A stretch of 64,000 nucleotides of DNA from Vulcanimicrobiota bacterium. GTDB lineage: Bacteria > Vulcanimicrobiota > Vulcanimicrobiia > Vulcanimicrobiales > Vulcanimicrobiaceae. The position numbers were made by a program, and so were the translations under genes. The notes beneath the pieces are model-generated. The model saw only the letters and a list, made by a program, of their open reading frames with translations. It ran no database searches and had not been told where the DNA came from. Position 1 is the first letter of the stretch. Each line of letters opens with the position of its first letter. The DNA lies in the NCBI GenBank assembly GCA_963795855.1, contig CAWCIZ010000003.1, positions 320,001 through 384,000 of the forward strand, written 5' to 3'. Below, piece by piece: positions 10,679 through 21,794 of this stretch.

Positions 10679-11209
10679 TTAGGCGTGAGATTCCAGGAGG
10701 TTTGGCGGCGTCTTCGCGTCGGTCACTTCACCGGCTTCGAGCGCTTTGAGCGTGCGCTCGCGCTGCGCGTCGGTATATTCGAAGAGCTGCTCGACGCGCC
10801 ATGCGTGCCTGCCGCCGTCGAAGCCGGTAGACAAAAAAACTTGTACGAGACGTTCGAGCATTTCCCACCCGGTAAGGCGCTCCGAGAGCGCGATGACGTT
10901 CGCGTCGTTGTGACGGCGCGCGAGTTCCCCCTGCAGCGGATCGAAGACGGCGGCGCAACGCACGCCGGGCACTTTATTTGCCGCCATCGCGATACCCAGA
11001 CTCGATCCGCAAACGACGATGCCGCGCTGCGCTTGTCCGGAGGCAACCGCTTCGCCGACCACGTAGCCGAACTGCGGATAATCGACCGGCGTTTCGTCGC
11101 ACGTGCCGTAATCCAGTATCGTATGACCTTGACTGCGCAGCGCTTGCGCGAGGAGGTTTTTGACTTCGAAGCCGGCGTGATCGGCACCCATTGCGATGAC
11201 CATATTCAA
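10679..11209 (-). CDS. rpiB: Ribose-5-phosphate isomerase B
   Basis: GADHAG, VDYP, AANKVPGVR, ARRHNDAN, FDGGRH. Confidence 0.93.
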   Translation of the reverse strand: MNMVIAMGADHAGFEVKNLLAQALRSQGHTILDYGTCDETPVDYPQFGYVVGEAVASGQAQRGIVVCGSSLGIAMAANKVPGVRCAAVFDPLQGELARRHNDANVIALSERLTGWEMLERLVQVFLSTGFDGGRHAWRVEQLFEYTDAQRERTLKALEAGEVTDAKTPPNLLESHA

Positions 11210-11244
11210 CAGGCGATTCTACCGTGCGGAAGAACGCCCCCTCC

Positions 11245-11952
11245 ATGAAAGTCGCGTGCTCGAGTACCGCGTTCGACGCGCAGTTGCGCGGCGATCGGCT
11301 CACGCAACTGGAGTGGGTCGATCTTTGCGCGCACGAGCTGGCGGCCGACGGCATCGTTTTTGACGTGCGGCACTTTCCCCGAACCGACACCGACTACCTC
11401 GCCCAGCTCAAGAAGATGGCGGCGGACCTGGGCTTGACGGTCGCCGCGTTGCGGCACGACGGTTTCGTGGACGCGCTAGAAACGCGGTTGGAGCAGGCGC
11501 TGGAAATGGCGCTCGCGCTCGGCGCTCCGCTGCTTTCCGCGCCGCTTCCGCCGGAAACCTCGGCGAGCTGGAGCGAGATTCAAACGCGTTTGGGCGCTGC
11601 CGCTTCCGCGGCAAAGCGGCTGAACGTCACCATCGCGGTTCGCAACGCGCCCCATACGTACGCGTCGAGTTCGCACGATCTCAAACGCGTTTCTAAAGAA
11701 ACGGACTCTGCGTGGCTTCGGTATGGCCCGGACTTCGCCTCGCTCGACGCGGGCAGCGATGCGCGCGAACTGCTTTCGAAAAGCGTGCTCGTGTGGGCGG
11801 AAGCCGCCGCCGATCCGGATGCATGCGCCGATCTGCTCGCGCAGTATCGCGGATTCGTCGTGCTCGACGCGGCCGCGGGTGACGCAGAAGCACCGGAAAT
11901 GAAAAACGCGATCCGCCGCTGGCGAACCGCGTTCGTCGTCAACCACGCGTAG
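11245..11952 (+). CDS. Sugar phosphate isomerase/epimerase-like TIM-barrel protein (divergent)
   Basis: HFPRTDTDYLAQLKKMAADLGL and LNVTIAVRN resemble the AP-endonuclease-2/xylose isomerase-like fold. Confidence 0.6.
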   Translation: MKVACSSTAFDAQLRGDRLTQLEWVDLCAHELAADGIVFDVRHFPRTDTDYLAQLKKMAADLGLTVAALRHDGFVDALETRLEQALEMALALGAPLLSAPLPPETSASWSEIQTRLGAAASAAKRLNVTIAVRNAPHTYASSSHDLKRVSKETDSAWLRYGPDFASLDAGSDARELLSKSVLVWAEAAADPDACADLLAQYRGFVVLDAAAGDAEAPEMKNAIRRWRTAFVVNHA

Positions 11953-12124
11953 CGTCTTTCGCACGAGGTTCCGAACCTGCGTTCTCGCAGGTGGGTGCGG
12001 CCCGGGCGCCGGCCCCGCAACCGTGAAGGCCAAGCGAAACCGTCGTGACCGGAGCTGATGCTCCCTATGTTCTCTCGTTGGTCCAGCACCTATGGTGCGT
12101 TGCGCGCGGTGCGCAGTCGACGCT
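11951..12124 (-). ncRNA. ssrS: 6S RNA
   Basis: ~175 nt intergenic; ends pair (AGCGTC/GACGCT, CGCAC/GTGCG); contains GGACCAAC...GGGAGC and CCCACCTGCG...GCAGGTTC segments typical of 6S. Confidence 0.75.
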
Positions 12125-12184
12125 CCCACTGTACCACTGCGGTCAAGTACTTGACACGACGGCTTAATGTCGTGATGGCCGCGC

Positions 12185-12628
12185 ATGGCGATATCCGTAC
12201 CTGCGGCCGCTCGCTCGAACTACGCGCTCGCGCGCGCATATCTTTCGTGCGATCCGGCGGAGCGCCGCCTCTTCCAGAGCTTGCAGCACAGCTCCCGGCG
12301 CTTCCATCTGCGCATCACGCATGACGGGGACGATCACTTCGATCCGAATACCGATACGATCGCCTGGGATCCGTACAGCGCGCTGCGCACGACCCGCGGA
12401 GGGCGGCAATCGCCGGCGCTGGGCTTGGCGCACGAGATCTCGCACGCGGTCGAAGCGCCGTCGCGTGAAGCGTCGCTGAGCGCGCACGTGCTGGCGCGCT
12501 ACGACAACGCGGAAGAGCGCCGAGTCATTCGAGGAAGTGAAACCGAAGCGGCGCGAGTGCTCGGAGAGTCGGTACGGCACGATCACCGCGGTCGGGTGTA
12601 TCATGTAGCCACGCCGGTTTCCCGGTGA
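12185..12628 (+). CDS. HEXXH zinc metallopeptidase, NleD/M91-like
   Basis: SPALGLAHEISHA followed by YDNAEERRVI..E. Confidence 0.65.
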   Translation: MAISVPAAARSNYALARAYLSCDPAERRLFQSLQHSSRRFHLRITHDGDDHFDPNTDTIAWDPYSALRTTRGGRQSPALGLAHEISHAVEAPSREASLSAHVLARYDNAEERRVIRGSETEAARVLGESVRHDHRGRVYHVATPVSR

Positions 12629-12660
12629 AACGGGCCGGGTACACCGGCACGGAATTCGAG

Positions 12661-12852
12661 ATGAAAAAGATGGATGAAAAAAACGATCGAGATCTAACCG
12701 GCCATCCCAGCGATTATGGCAGCCGAACGCTAGCCGACGACGACTCGCAGAGCGGCGAGGGCGAAGACATCGGGCGTACAGCGGACGGCGAACCGCGCGT
12801 GGAACGCGGGACGGCTGGTTCCGCAACGAGCCGCAAAGACAAAGGCGAGTAA
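12661..12852 (+). CDS. Small acidic, probably disordered hypothetical protein
   Basis: D/E/G/S-rich ORF with no hydrophobic core; start uncertain. Confidence 0.5.
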   Translation: MKKMDEKNDRDLTGHPSDYGSRTLADDDSQSGEGEDIGRTADGEPRVERGTAGSATSRKDKGE

Positions 12853-12923
12853 ACGGCACGCGGCGGCGGTTCGCGCCGCTGGAGATTCGAGGAGCTGCCG
12901 ACGCGCGGCTCCAATGCAGACGC

Positions 12924-13943
12924 ATGCCCCTTTCGCTCTCTCTTACGACGCTCGAGCTCCCGCTCGTTCATCCTTTCACGATCGCGCGAGGCACCGCGTC
13001 TTCCGCGCGCACAGCCGTGTTCCGCGTAACCTGGAATGGTTTGGAAGGCCTCGGCGAATCCGTGCCGATTCCGCGCTATGGCGAATCCGTTGATAGCGTC
13101 ATCGCGTACTTTCGGGCCCACCCGCCGCGCGGCGACGATCCGTATCTGCTCGAAGAACTGCTGACCGAAGACATTCCGCCGGCGGCCCGTTGCGGGCTGG
13201 ACATCGCACTGCACGATCTGATCGGAAAAGATTGCGGTAAACCGCTCTATCGTCTCCTCGGCTTGGATCCGGCGCGAACGCCGGTGACTTCGTTCACTAT
13301 CGGAATCGGCGATCGCGAAACGACGCTGCGCAAAGTCGAAGAAATCGGCGAGCATCCGGTGATGAAGGTCAAACTCGGCCTGGGGGGCGCCCGCGAAGAG
13401 GTAGAAACGATCGAGTTGATTCGTTCCAAGTACACGGGCACGATACGCATCGACGCAAACGAAGGGTGGACGCCCGAGCAAGCCGTGGAAGTGCTGCGCG
13501 AGATGGAGCGATTCGACATCGAGTTTTGCGAGCAGCCCATCAAAGCCGGACAGCCGGAGAAGCTTCGTTTCATCAAGGAGCGTTCGAAGATTCCGATCGT
13601 CACGGACGAGGATTCGTTGACGGCAGCGGACCTTCCGAAACTCTACGGCTGCGTGGACGGAATCAACGTTAAACTCGCTAAATGCGGCGGCATACGCGGC
13701 GCGTTGAAAATGATTCATACCGCGCGCGCGCTCGGCTTCAAAATCATGCTGGGCTGCATGGTCGAAAGTCAAATATCGGCCACCGCCGCCGCGCAGATCT
13801 CGCCGCTCGTCGACTGGGCGGACATCGACGGACCGTTTCTGACGAAAGAAGATCCGTTTGCCGGCATTGCCTACCGCGACGGCAAAATCGTGCTTCCGGA
13901 CGGCCCGGGATTAGGCGTGCGCGAAAAGGCGCACGTTGCGTAA
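12924..13943 (+). CDS. Dipeptide (L-Ala-D/L-Glu) epimerase, enolase superfamily
   Basis: HPFTIARG, KVKLG, RIDANEGW, EQP, DE, NVKLAKCGG, GCMVES, DIDG. Confidence 0.92.
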   Translation: MPLSLSLTTLELPLVHPFTIARGTASSARTAVFRVTWNGLEGLGESVPIPRYGESVDSVIAYFRAHPPRGDDPYLLEELLTEDIPPAARCGLDIALHDLIGKDCGKPLYRLLGLDPARTPVTSFTIGIGDRETTLRKVEEIGEHPVMKVKLGLGGAREEVETIELIRSKYTGTIRIDANEGWTPEQAVEVLREMERFDIEFCEQPIKAGQPEKLRFIKERSKIPIVTDEDSLTAADLPKLYGCVDGINVKLAKCGGIRGALKMIHTARALGFKIMLGCMVESQISATAAAQISPLVDWADIDGPFLTKEDPFAGIAYRDGKIVLPDGPGLGVREKAHVA

Positions 13944-15012
13944 CGCGCGGCGGCGCTACGCCGTTCTCGCGCCGGGCTCTTTTGCGCACAACGCCAAGAC
14001 TGCGCACGGCGTCATCCGGTACGGCGGCGATGAAACCGTCGCCGTTATCGACCCGTCGTGCGCGGGGAAAACCGTTCGCGGCGCGGTTCCCTATTTGGAG
14101 TGCGACGCGCCGATCGTTGCGGATTTCGCCGACGCGCTGAAATTCAGGCCGACTTCGCTGCTGATCGGGACTGCGCCCAAGGGCGGCCAATTGCCGCCGG
14201 ATTGGCGGGCGCAGGTTCTGGCCGCGATCCGCGCGGGACTCGAAATTGTAAGCGGGCTGCACGACATGCTCGCCGAGGACGCGGAATTCGCCGCTGCGGC
14301 TCGCGAGCATCATGCGCGCATTTGGGACGTCCGGCAGCCGCCGGACGTTCCGCTGTTCCGCGGCGAAGCATACGCGGTAAGGGCGCCGATCGCGCTCGCG
14401 GTCGGAAACGACTGCGCCGTCGGAAAGATGACCGTCATGCTGGAACTCACGCGCGCCGCAGCGCAGCGCGGGCGCCGCGCCGAGTTCGTTCCAACGGGGC
14501 AGACGGGAATCATGATCGCCGGCTGGGGCATCGCCATCGACCGCGTGATTTCGGATTTCGCAACGGGCGCTGCCGAACAACTGGTTCTCGAAGCGGCGCG
14601 GCGCAATCCGGAGTACATTCTCGTCGAAGGACAAGGCGGCATCAATCATCCGGCGTACGCTCCCGTGACCCTTTCGCTCATGTTCGGCTCCGCGCCGGAC
14701 GCGCTGATTCTGGTTGCCGACCCGAAGCGAACGCGCATCGACGTTTACCAGACGCCGACGTTGTCATACCGCGCACTCATCAGCACGTACGAAGCGTTGT
14801 GCGCAACGGTGAAACCGGCGAAGGTCGTAGGCATCGCATTGAACACGCATGGCCTTTCCGACGAACGCGCACGGGAAGAAATCCGGCGCGCGCATGCGGA
14901 AACGCAGCTTCCCGCGGACGACGTGGTTCGTTTTGGCCCGCACGCGCTCTGGGACGCCGTCGAACCCCATCTCACGAAAACCGCTCCGCTTTCCGTGGAG
15001 GTCCATGCATGA
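13936..15012 (+). CDS. DUF1611 protein (DgcN-like)
   Basis: AKTAHGVIRY, SGLH, VGNDCAVGKM, TGQTG, VEGQG. Confidence 0.9.
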   Translation: MRNARRRYAVLAPGSFAHNAKTAHGVIRYGGDETVAVIDPSCAGKTVRGAVPYLECDAPIVADFADALKFRPTSLLIGTAPKGGQLPPDWRAQVLAAIRAGLEIVSGLHDMLAEDAEFAAAAREHHARIWDVRQPPDVPLFRGEAYAVRAPIALAVGNDCAVGKMTVMLELTRAAAQRGRRAEFVPTGQTGIMIAGWGIAIDRVISDFATGAAEQLVLEAARRNPEYILVEGQGGINHPAYAPVTLSLMFGSAPDALILVADPKRTRIDVYQTPTLSYRALISTYEALCATVKPAKVVGIALNTHGLSDERAREEIRRAHAETQLPADDVVRFGPHALWDAVEPHLTKTAPLSVEVHA

Positions 15013-16645
15013 AGATTCGCAGCATCCTCGCGCTCGCACTAACGTGCGCGTTCGGGCTCTCAGCGTGTTCGAAAACCGGCGGCGGACCCAGCGGCGCAGG
15101 AGGGCATAACCCCTGGACGCAGCACGGCGTTTTGCGCGTCGGCAACGTGGACGAGCCGGACAGCCTCAATCCGCTCTTCGCGCACACGGACTCGACGGAT
15201 CAAGTCGCGGGCCTGATCTACGCGGGGCTGCTCCGCTATGACGACAACGGCAATTTCATTCCGGATCTCGCGACGGCAGTGCCGACGTACCAGAACGGCG
15301 GCATCAGCAAGGACGGAAAAACGATCACGTTCCACCTTCGGCACAACGCGAAATGGTCGGACGGCGCGCCGCTCACGGCCAACGACTGGCTGTTCACCTA
15401 CCATTCCGTCTTGAACCCGGCGAACAACACCAAGACGCGGTACGGCTGGGACGAGATCGCATCCGCCCTCGCTCCGGATCCTTACACGCTGGTCGTCCAT
15501 TTCAAAGTCGTGGACGGCTCGATTCTGGGACTTTTCGGCAGCGCCGGCGGCGCCGCGTACCCGCCTTTGCCCGCGCATCTGCTGGCGAAACTGCCCGACT
15601 TGAACCGCGTGCCGTTCAACGCGCATCCGATATCGAGCGGGCCGTTCGTTCTGCAGCAATGGAATCACGGCTCCTCGCTCGTCTTCACCGCGAATCCCTA
15701 CTACTTCCGCGGCGTGCCGAAGCTCGAGAAGATCATTTGGAAGGTCATTCCGAACGTCAACACGCTCTTCGAACAATTGCAAACGCATGAAGTCGACGTC
15801 TACGTCGGTGTGGACGAGAATCACATACCGTCGCTCGCGAACGTACGCGGAATCGTGGTAACGAAAAAGCTGATCGCCAATTGGCGGCACATGGGCATCA
15901 ACACGAGCCGCCCGCAGCTGCACGATCCGCGCGTGCGTTTGGCGCTGATCGAACTGATCGATTGGAAGCGTATAAACGACACCGTCTACCATGGATACAA
16001 CCAGCTCGCCGTGAGCGACGTCTATCCGACGCTTTGGGCCGCGCCCACCATTACCCCGTATCCGTACGACCCGCAAGGCGCGAAGAAGTCTGCTCGCTCA
16101 GGCAGGATGGTCGATGGGAGCGGACGGCGTGCTCCACAAGGGGTCGCTGGCGATGCACATCACGATTTCGACGAATACGGAAAAGCAAGAGAATCAGCAG
16201 GCGGAAGTGCAGATACAAAGCCAGTCTGCGTCCGTACGGAATCGACGTACAGATACGCAACTATCCGACGAGCCTGCTCTTCGCGCAAGGCGGACCGCTC
16301 TACCAAGGTAAGTACGATTTGGAGTGGAGCATCGAAACGAACGGGCCCGATCCCGACAACCGCGGGCTCTGGGGCGGCAAGTTCATTCCGCCGAACGGCG
16401 CGAACACGACGTGGATGAACGATCCGATCGTGAACCGCTACGCCGATCTCGCGGTGTCCACGTTCGATCGCGCCAAACGCAAAGCATACTACCAGATCGA
16501 AGAGCAGCGTATTCACCAAGTGGTTCCCGCACAGTTCTTTTATTGGGAGAACGAGTACACGGCCGCAAACAGCGATCTGAAGAATTTCAAACCCGCCGCA
16601 TTCATTCAAGACACCTGGAATTGTTGGGAGTGGTCAGATATACGA
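15009..16645 (+). CDS. Peptide ABC transporter substrate-binding lipoprotein, family 5 (frameshifts ~16090 and ~16225; end approximate)
   Basis: Lipobox LSAC, EPDSLNP, PDLATAVP, WSDGAPLTAND, SSGPF, WNCWEW. Confidence 0.9.
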
Positions 16646-16648
16646 CCG

Positions 16649-17517
16649 ATGCTCGCAATCCGGACCAACGTCGACGAACTCGCGACGTTACTCTTCGAAC
16701 CGGCCCGCGAAGGCGTCCTGAGTTGGAACACGTTCAGCGATGCCGGCTTGCTCGAATTTCGGCTTTTGCGCGGCGCATTTTCCGGCGACTCCATGGATGG
16801 CGCACGCCGAGTGGTCGGCGGACGGCCGAACGTCGTTCAGTCCTTCGCATGAGGACGTGCGCGTCGACGTCGATATCATTCGCAGCATGCAGCCGTTCGA
16901 CGGTATTGAAATTCGCGCGCGCGAGGTCGCCTTCAAGGCGATAGCGTTCGCGACCCCGGTCCGCAACGCAACCGTCGTTGCCCTACGCCGGCGAGGCGCG
17001 TATTCTCGAGGTGCCCTCTCGTTCGCAATACGTCGTTGAAGGCGAACGCGGCTGGTGCAGCCCGACCAGTCTTTCGATGCTCAACGCGTATCACGGGATC
17101 GATTACGACGTGCCTTCAACCGCGCGCGGCGTCTTCGACCGCGCCTACAACGGCACCGGGAACTGGTCGTTCAACGTCGCGTTCAGCGGAAATCTCGGAC
17201 TGCGCGCCGCAGTCGTGTACCTGCGCAATCTCGACCATGCGCAACGCCTCGTCGACGCCGGCATTCCCATAGCGATTTCGTACAGTTGGAACGGCGACGA
17301 ACTTCCCGGCGCGCCGCTCGAACATTCCGATGGTCATCTCGCCGTGCTGTGCGGATTCACCGCAAACGGCGACTGCGCGATCAACGATCCCGCGGCGCCG
17401 CATCCGCGCGTAGTCTATCCGCGTGCCGCCCTCGAGCGCGTTTGGCTTCGCACGCAAGGCATAGCGTATGCGGTCGCGCCGGCCGGCCTCGACTTCGTTT
17501 CGATCGTCAACTCGTGA
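16649..17517 (+). CDS. Peptidase C39-like protein (frameshifted)
   Basis: SQY...WCSPTS, GNWSFN, GHL and NDPA give the Cys-His-Asp triad. Confidence 0.8.
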
Positions 17518-18030
17518 GCGTTCAGCCGCAGCACCGTTTGGTACACGCGGTGAAGTCCGGCGTGCCGCTGCACATCGCGCTCGTCGAGCCGGAGATTCCG
17601 CCGAACACCGGAAACGTGGCGCGCCTCTGCGCCGCGACCGGATCCCAGCTGCATCTGATCGAACCGCTCGGATTCCGCATCGACGACCGCGAACTCAAAC
17701 GCGCCGGGCTGGATTATTGGGAGCATCTCGGTGTCGCCGTGCACGCATCGCTGGACGACTTTCTGGCTGCGACCGCGCACTTGCGGCGCTGGTGCTTTTC
17801 TACTCGCGCGACCCGGCTGTACTCGGAGGCACAATTCGCGGCGCGGCGACGTGCTGGTGTTCGGCAAGGAAACGAAGGGTCTGCCGCAGCGTCTCATCGA
17901 TGAAGATCCGCAGCACGCACTGCGCATACCGCAGCGCCCGGGCAGCGTCCGCAGCATCAATCTTTCGACTGCGGCCGGGATCGCCGCGTATGCTGCACTC
18001 GAGCGTATCGGATTTCCCGGACTGCGATGA
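17514..18030 (+). CDS. trmL: tRNA (cytidine/uridine-34 2'-O)-methyltransferase (frameshift ~17840)
   Basis: [32 protein letters not shown]. Confidence 0.93.
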
Positions 18031-18727
18031 GCGCGAAAGGTCGTGGCCGCTATCAATCGCGGAGGTCGTGCAGCTGCGCGAAATGTCCCGAACTGCGCGT
18101 CTATTGCGAACAGGTCGCCGCCGAAAAGAAACGCGCGTACCGCGACTGGACCTATTGGGGGAAACCGGTGCCGGCCTTCGGCGATCCGAACGCGCGCGTC
18201 GTGCTGGTGGGCCTTGCGCCCGGCGCGCACGGCAGCAACCGCACCGGGCGGATGTTCACCGGCGATGCTTCGGGCGATTTTCTCTACCCCGCGCTGCATC
18301 GCGCCGGATTTGCGACGCAGCCGTCCGCGATTTCGGTCGACGACGGGATGCAGTTGCGCGACTGCATCATCACCGCAGCCCTACGCTGCGCGCCGCCGCA
18401 AAACAAGCCCACGCCGCAGCAGCTTCGCCGTTGTTTTCCATATTTGGTTCGCGAACTCGAGCAACTCGATCGGGCGCAGGTCATCATCGGCCTCGGCGCT
18501 ATCGGCACGAAGGCGGCAATGGACGCGCTTAAAGCGCTCGACTATACGATCGAGCCGGCATGCTTGGCGATTCGGCCACGGCGTGGAAATCGCGGCCGGC
18601 AAAACGCCGCGCCGCTTGACGATTATTGCGTCATTTCATCCGAGCCGGCAGAACACGAACACCGGTAAACTGACCGCCGCCGATGTTCGATCGCATCTTC
18701 GAACGAGCGAAGGTGCTGCTTCAGTGA
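18027..18727 (+). CDS. Uracil-DNA glycosylase, family 5 (UdgB-like; frameshifted)
   Basis: CAKCPEL, GLAPGAHGSNRTGRMFTGD, CAPPQNKP, HPSRQNT. Confidence 0.9.
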
Positions 18728-19091
18728 AAGTGCGTGATGCGGCCGCACGAATCAACCGCCTTGTCCGGCACCATCATGCCGCCGGCGCCCGCCCGAAAAC
18801 TCTGAATGCGTAAGGGCGGCGCGTTGACGGCTTCAGGCCCGTACGTGGCTTCGGCCCGCTTGAGAACGTCGTGGTCTTTCTCGATGTTGTGGGCGCTTTG
18901 CGCGAGCAGGTATTGCTGCACCGCGCCGTTCTTGGCGAACAGGATGCGGTAGACGACGCCGCTGCTCGCATACGTGGCCATACCGCAGAATCGCGGCTGC
19001 GCGGCGGCGCCGCGCTCGTGCCCGAGAGTGAGAACGAGCACGCCTGCAAGCAACGCGCATGCGGCGGCGATAGAGAGCGGAGTCGATGCAT
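18721..19091 (-). CDS. Hypothetical secreted protein (5' end frameshifted or uncertain)
   Basis: Signal-peptide-like N-terminus followed by a ~90 aa domain with two Cys. Confidence 0.5.
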
Positions 19092-19127
19092 CTGTACCTG
19101 GAGTATCGGCGGGTCGGGGACGCGTCT

Positions 19128-20889
19128 TTACGAAGCCTCGGGCTGCGCCGGTTTTAAGCCCAAATCCCGAACGAGACGATCGGGCACCGGCGACGGCGCA
19201 TCCATCATGACGTCGCGCGCCAGCTGATTCTTCGGAAATGCGATGACGTCCCGAATGTTCGTCTCCCCGGCTGCAAGCATGACGATGCGATCGATGCCGA
19301 GTGCCATGCCGCCGTGCGGAGGCGCTCCATAATCGAGCGCGCGAATGAAAAAGCCGAAGCGGTCCTCGATCTGCTCGTCGCTCATGCCCAGCATGGTGAA
19401 GATGCGGCGCTGGAATTCTGGCTTATGAATGCGGATGGAGCCGCTGCCCAGCTCGTATCCGTTCAGCACCATGTCGTAGTGCTGCGCGCGCATTGCCATC
19501 GGATCCTTGTCGATGAGATCCCATTGATCGGGCGCCGGCGCCGTGAACGGATGATGAGCCGGCGCGGGTTGTCCGGTTTCTTCATCGCGCTCGAACAGCG
19601 GAAAGTCCGTCACCCATGCGAACGCGAACGCTGCCGGATCGCGCAGACTGCAGCGATCGCCGATCTCCAAACGCATCTTTCCCGCGACCGCCGCGCGCGG
19701 CATCTGCGGCATCCGCGAACAGCAGCACGGCATCGCCGGTTTGGGCACCGACGCGGTCGCGCAGCGCGCCGATCGCCGCATCGTCGATGAATTTCGCGGC
19801 GGAACTCTTGGTGCCGTCCTGCCCGAGCGCGATCCATACCATGCCTTTCGCGCCTTGCTGCTTCGCAAGTTCCGTGAGCGCATCGAAATCGCGCCGTGAA
19901 AGCGCGGCGCCGCCCGGATAGCGCAGCGCGACGATGGCGCCTTTCGCGTCGATGACCGACTTGAAGACGACGAATTCCGTCCCCGCGAAGACGTCGTTGA
20001 CTTGCCGCAGTTCTAGCCCAAAGCGCAAATCCGGCTTGTCGCTCCCGAAGCGTTCCATGACCTGCGCGTGCGAATAGCGCGGAAATGCCGGCAAATCCAC
20101 GTCCAGAACGCGTTTCCAGGCAAAGCGCATGCAAGACTCCATGAGTTCGAGCACTTCGTCTTGCGTGGCGAACGAAAGTTCAACGTCGATCTGCGTGAAT
20201 TCGGGCTGCCGATCGGCGCGCAGATCCTCATCGCGCATGCAGCGCGCAATTTGCATGTAGCGCCCGAAACCGGAGATCATCAAGATCTGTTTGAGCAATT
20301 GCGGCGACTGCGGCAGTGCGTAAAACGCGCCGTGCTGCAGTCTGCTCGGAACCAGATAGTCGCGCGCGCCCTCCGGCGTGGACTTGATGAGCATCGGCGT
20401 TTCGATTTCCAAAAATCCGCGATCGTCGAAGTAGTCGCGCATCGCTTTGACGATCTTGTGCCGCATCGCGATGTTACGCTGCAGCCGCGGCCGGCGCAGG
20501 TCGAGATAGCGGTACTGCAGGCGCAAATTCTCCTCGACGTCCTCGTCGCTGTTGACGGGAAACGGCGGAACGAGGGAACGGTTCAGCGTTTCGAGGTCGT
20601 CGACTCCGACTTCGACCTCGCCAGTCGACAGTTTCGGATTCTCAGTGCCGGAAGGGCGCTTTCGCACCGCGCCGCGCACGCGAATCACGTCCTCGTGGCG
20701 CAGATGTTCCGCATCCTTGAACGACGCATGGCCGGGATCGAACACGACCTGCGTAACGCCTTCGCGGTCGCGCAAATCGACGAAGATCAGGCCGCCGTGG
20801 TCGCGGCGGCGATTCACCCAGCCGTTCAGTTCGACCGTGGTGCCGACGTCGACGGCGCGCAGCGCGCCACAGGATCGCTTTAAGGACAC
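19128..20889 (-). CDS. aspS: Aspartate-tRNA ligase, likely non-discriminating (frameshift ~19695)
   Basis: RRDHGG, STPEGARDY, LPQSPQ, DRQPEFTQID, GAPPHGG; His in RDHGG is the residue associated with ND-AspRS. Confidence 0.96.
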
Positions 20890-21794
20890 GGCTCGTCTTG
20901 ATCTTTCTCCGCCAGTGCGGTTTTGATGCCGGAAACGTAATAATACTGTTGGATGAGGTCGCGCGCAAATGCCGATTCCGCGGTCCGCCGATCGAAGTAG
21001 CCGAGTACCCACGGCAGGTTCGTTAGGGCGCTGTGCAGCCCGAGCGATACCGGCGTCATTCCCAGATTCGCTTTCACGGCGAAATGCGGGTGTTTGCGAT
21101 AGAAGCGGACGGTCGAGCGTCCGGCCAACTTCATCTTCTCGATCTGATCTTCGTGCGGCACGTCCTGACAATGGTAATTCACGGCGCGCGGTTCGTACAA
21201 AATCCGAACGCCGTCCCGCTGCAGCCGGTAGCCCAATTCCAAGTCTTCGTGCCCGTAGCCCGTGAACGTCTCGTCGAAGCAGCCGGCCTGCAGCAGATCC
21301 TCACGCCGCACGGAAGCGTTTCCGGTCAGAAAGTACAACCAACTCAGTCGTTTTCGGGCGGGCGGGTGCAGCGAACCGCGCTGGGACGGATGCGCGCGCT
21401 TATACTCGTAATCCTCGATCGAATGCACTTGCACTTCCCATCCGACGACCGCGATTTTGCGATCCCGCCGGTGATGCTCCAAATGTGCTGCCAGCAAGCC
21501 GGGATCCGCGATGATGTCGGAGTCGTTGAAGAGCACGATCTCGCCGCGCGCCTGCGCGATCCCCGCGTTACGCGCCATCGCGCGGCCGCTGTACGAGCCC
21601 GGTAAATGCCGCACGTTCGGGTGTTCCGCGTGGACCTGTTCCAAGTATTCCGCGGTTCCGTCGTTCGAATTCGAATCGCAGACGAGCAGCTCGTACGAAT
21701 CCCGCGCCGTGCTTTGATCGAGCAGCGAGGGAATTACGTGCCGGAGCGTGTCAAGCCGGTTGTACGTCGGAATGACTACGGAGAGGTCAAGCAT
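20880..21794 (-). CDS. GT2 glycosyltransferase
   Basis: SVVIPTYN, ARNAGI, DSD, YGHEDLELG. Confidence 0.9.
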   Translation of the reverse strand: MLDLSVVIPTYNRLDTLRHVIPSLLDQSTARDSYELLVCDSNSNDGTAEYLEQVHAEHPNVRHLPGSYSGRAMARNAGIAQARGEIVLFNDSDIIADPGLLAAHLEHHRRDRKIAVVGWEVQVHSIEDYEYKRAHPSQRGSLHPPARKRLSWLYFLTGNASVRREDLLQAGCFDETFTGYGHEDLELGYRLQRDGVRILYEPRAVNYHCQDVPHEDQIEKMKLAGRSTVRFYRKHPHFAVKANLGMTPVSLGLHSALTNLPWVLGYFDRRTAESAFARDLIQQYYYVSGIKTALAEKDQDEPCP

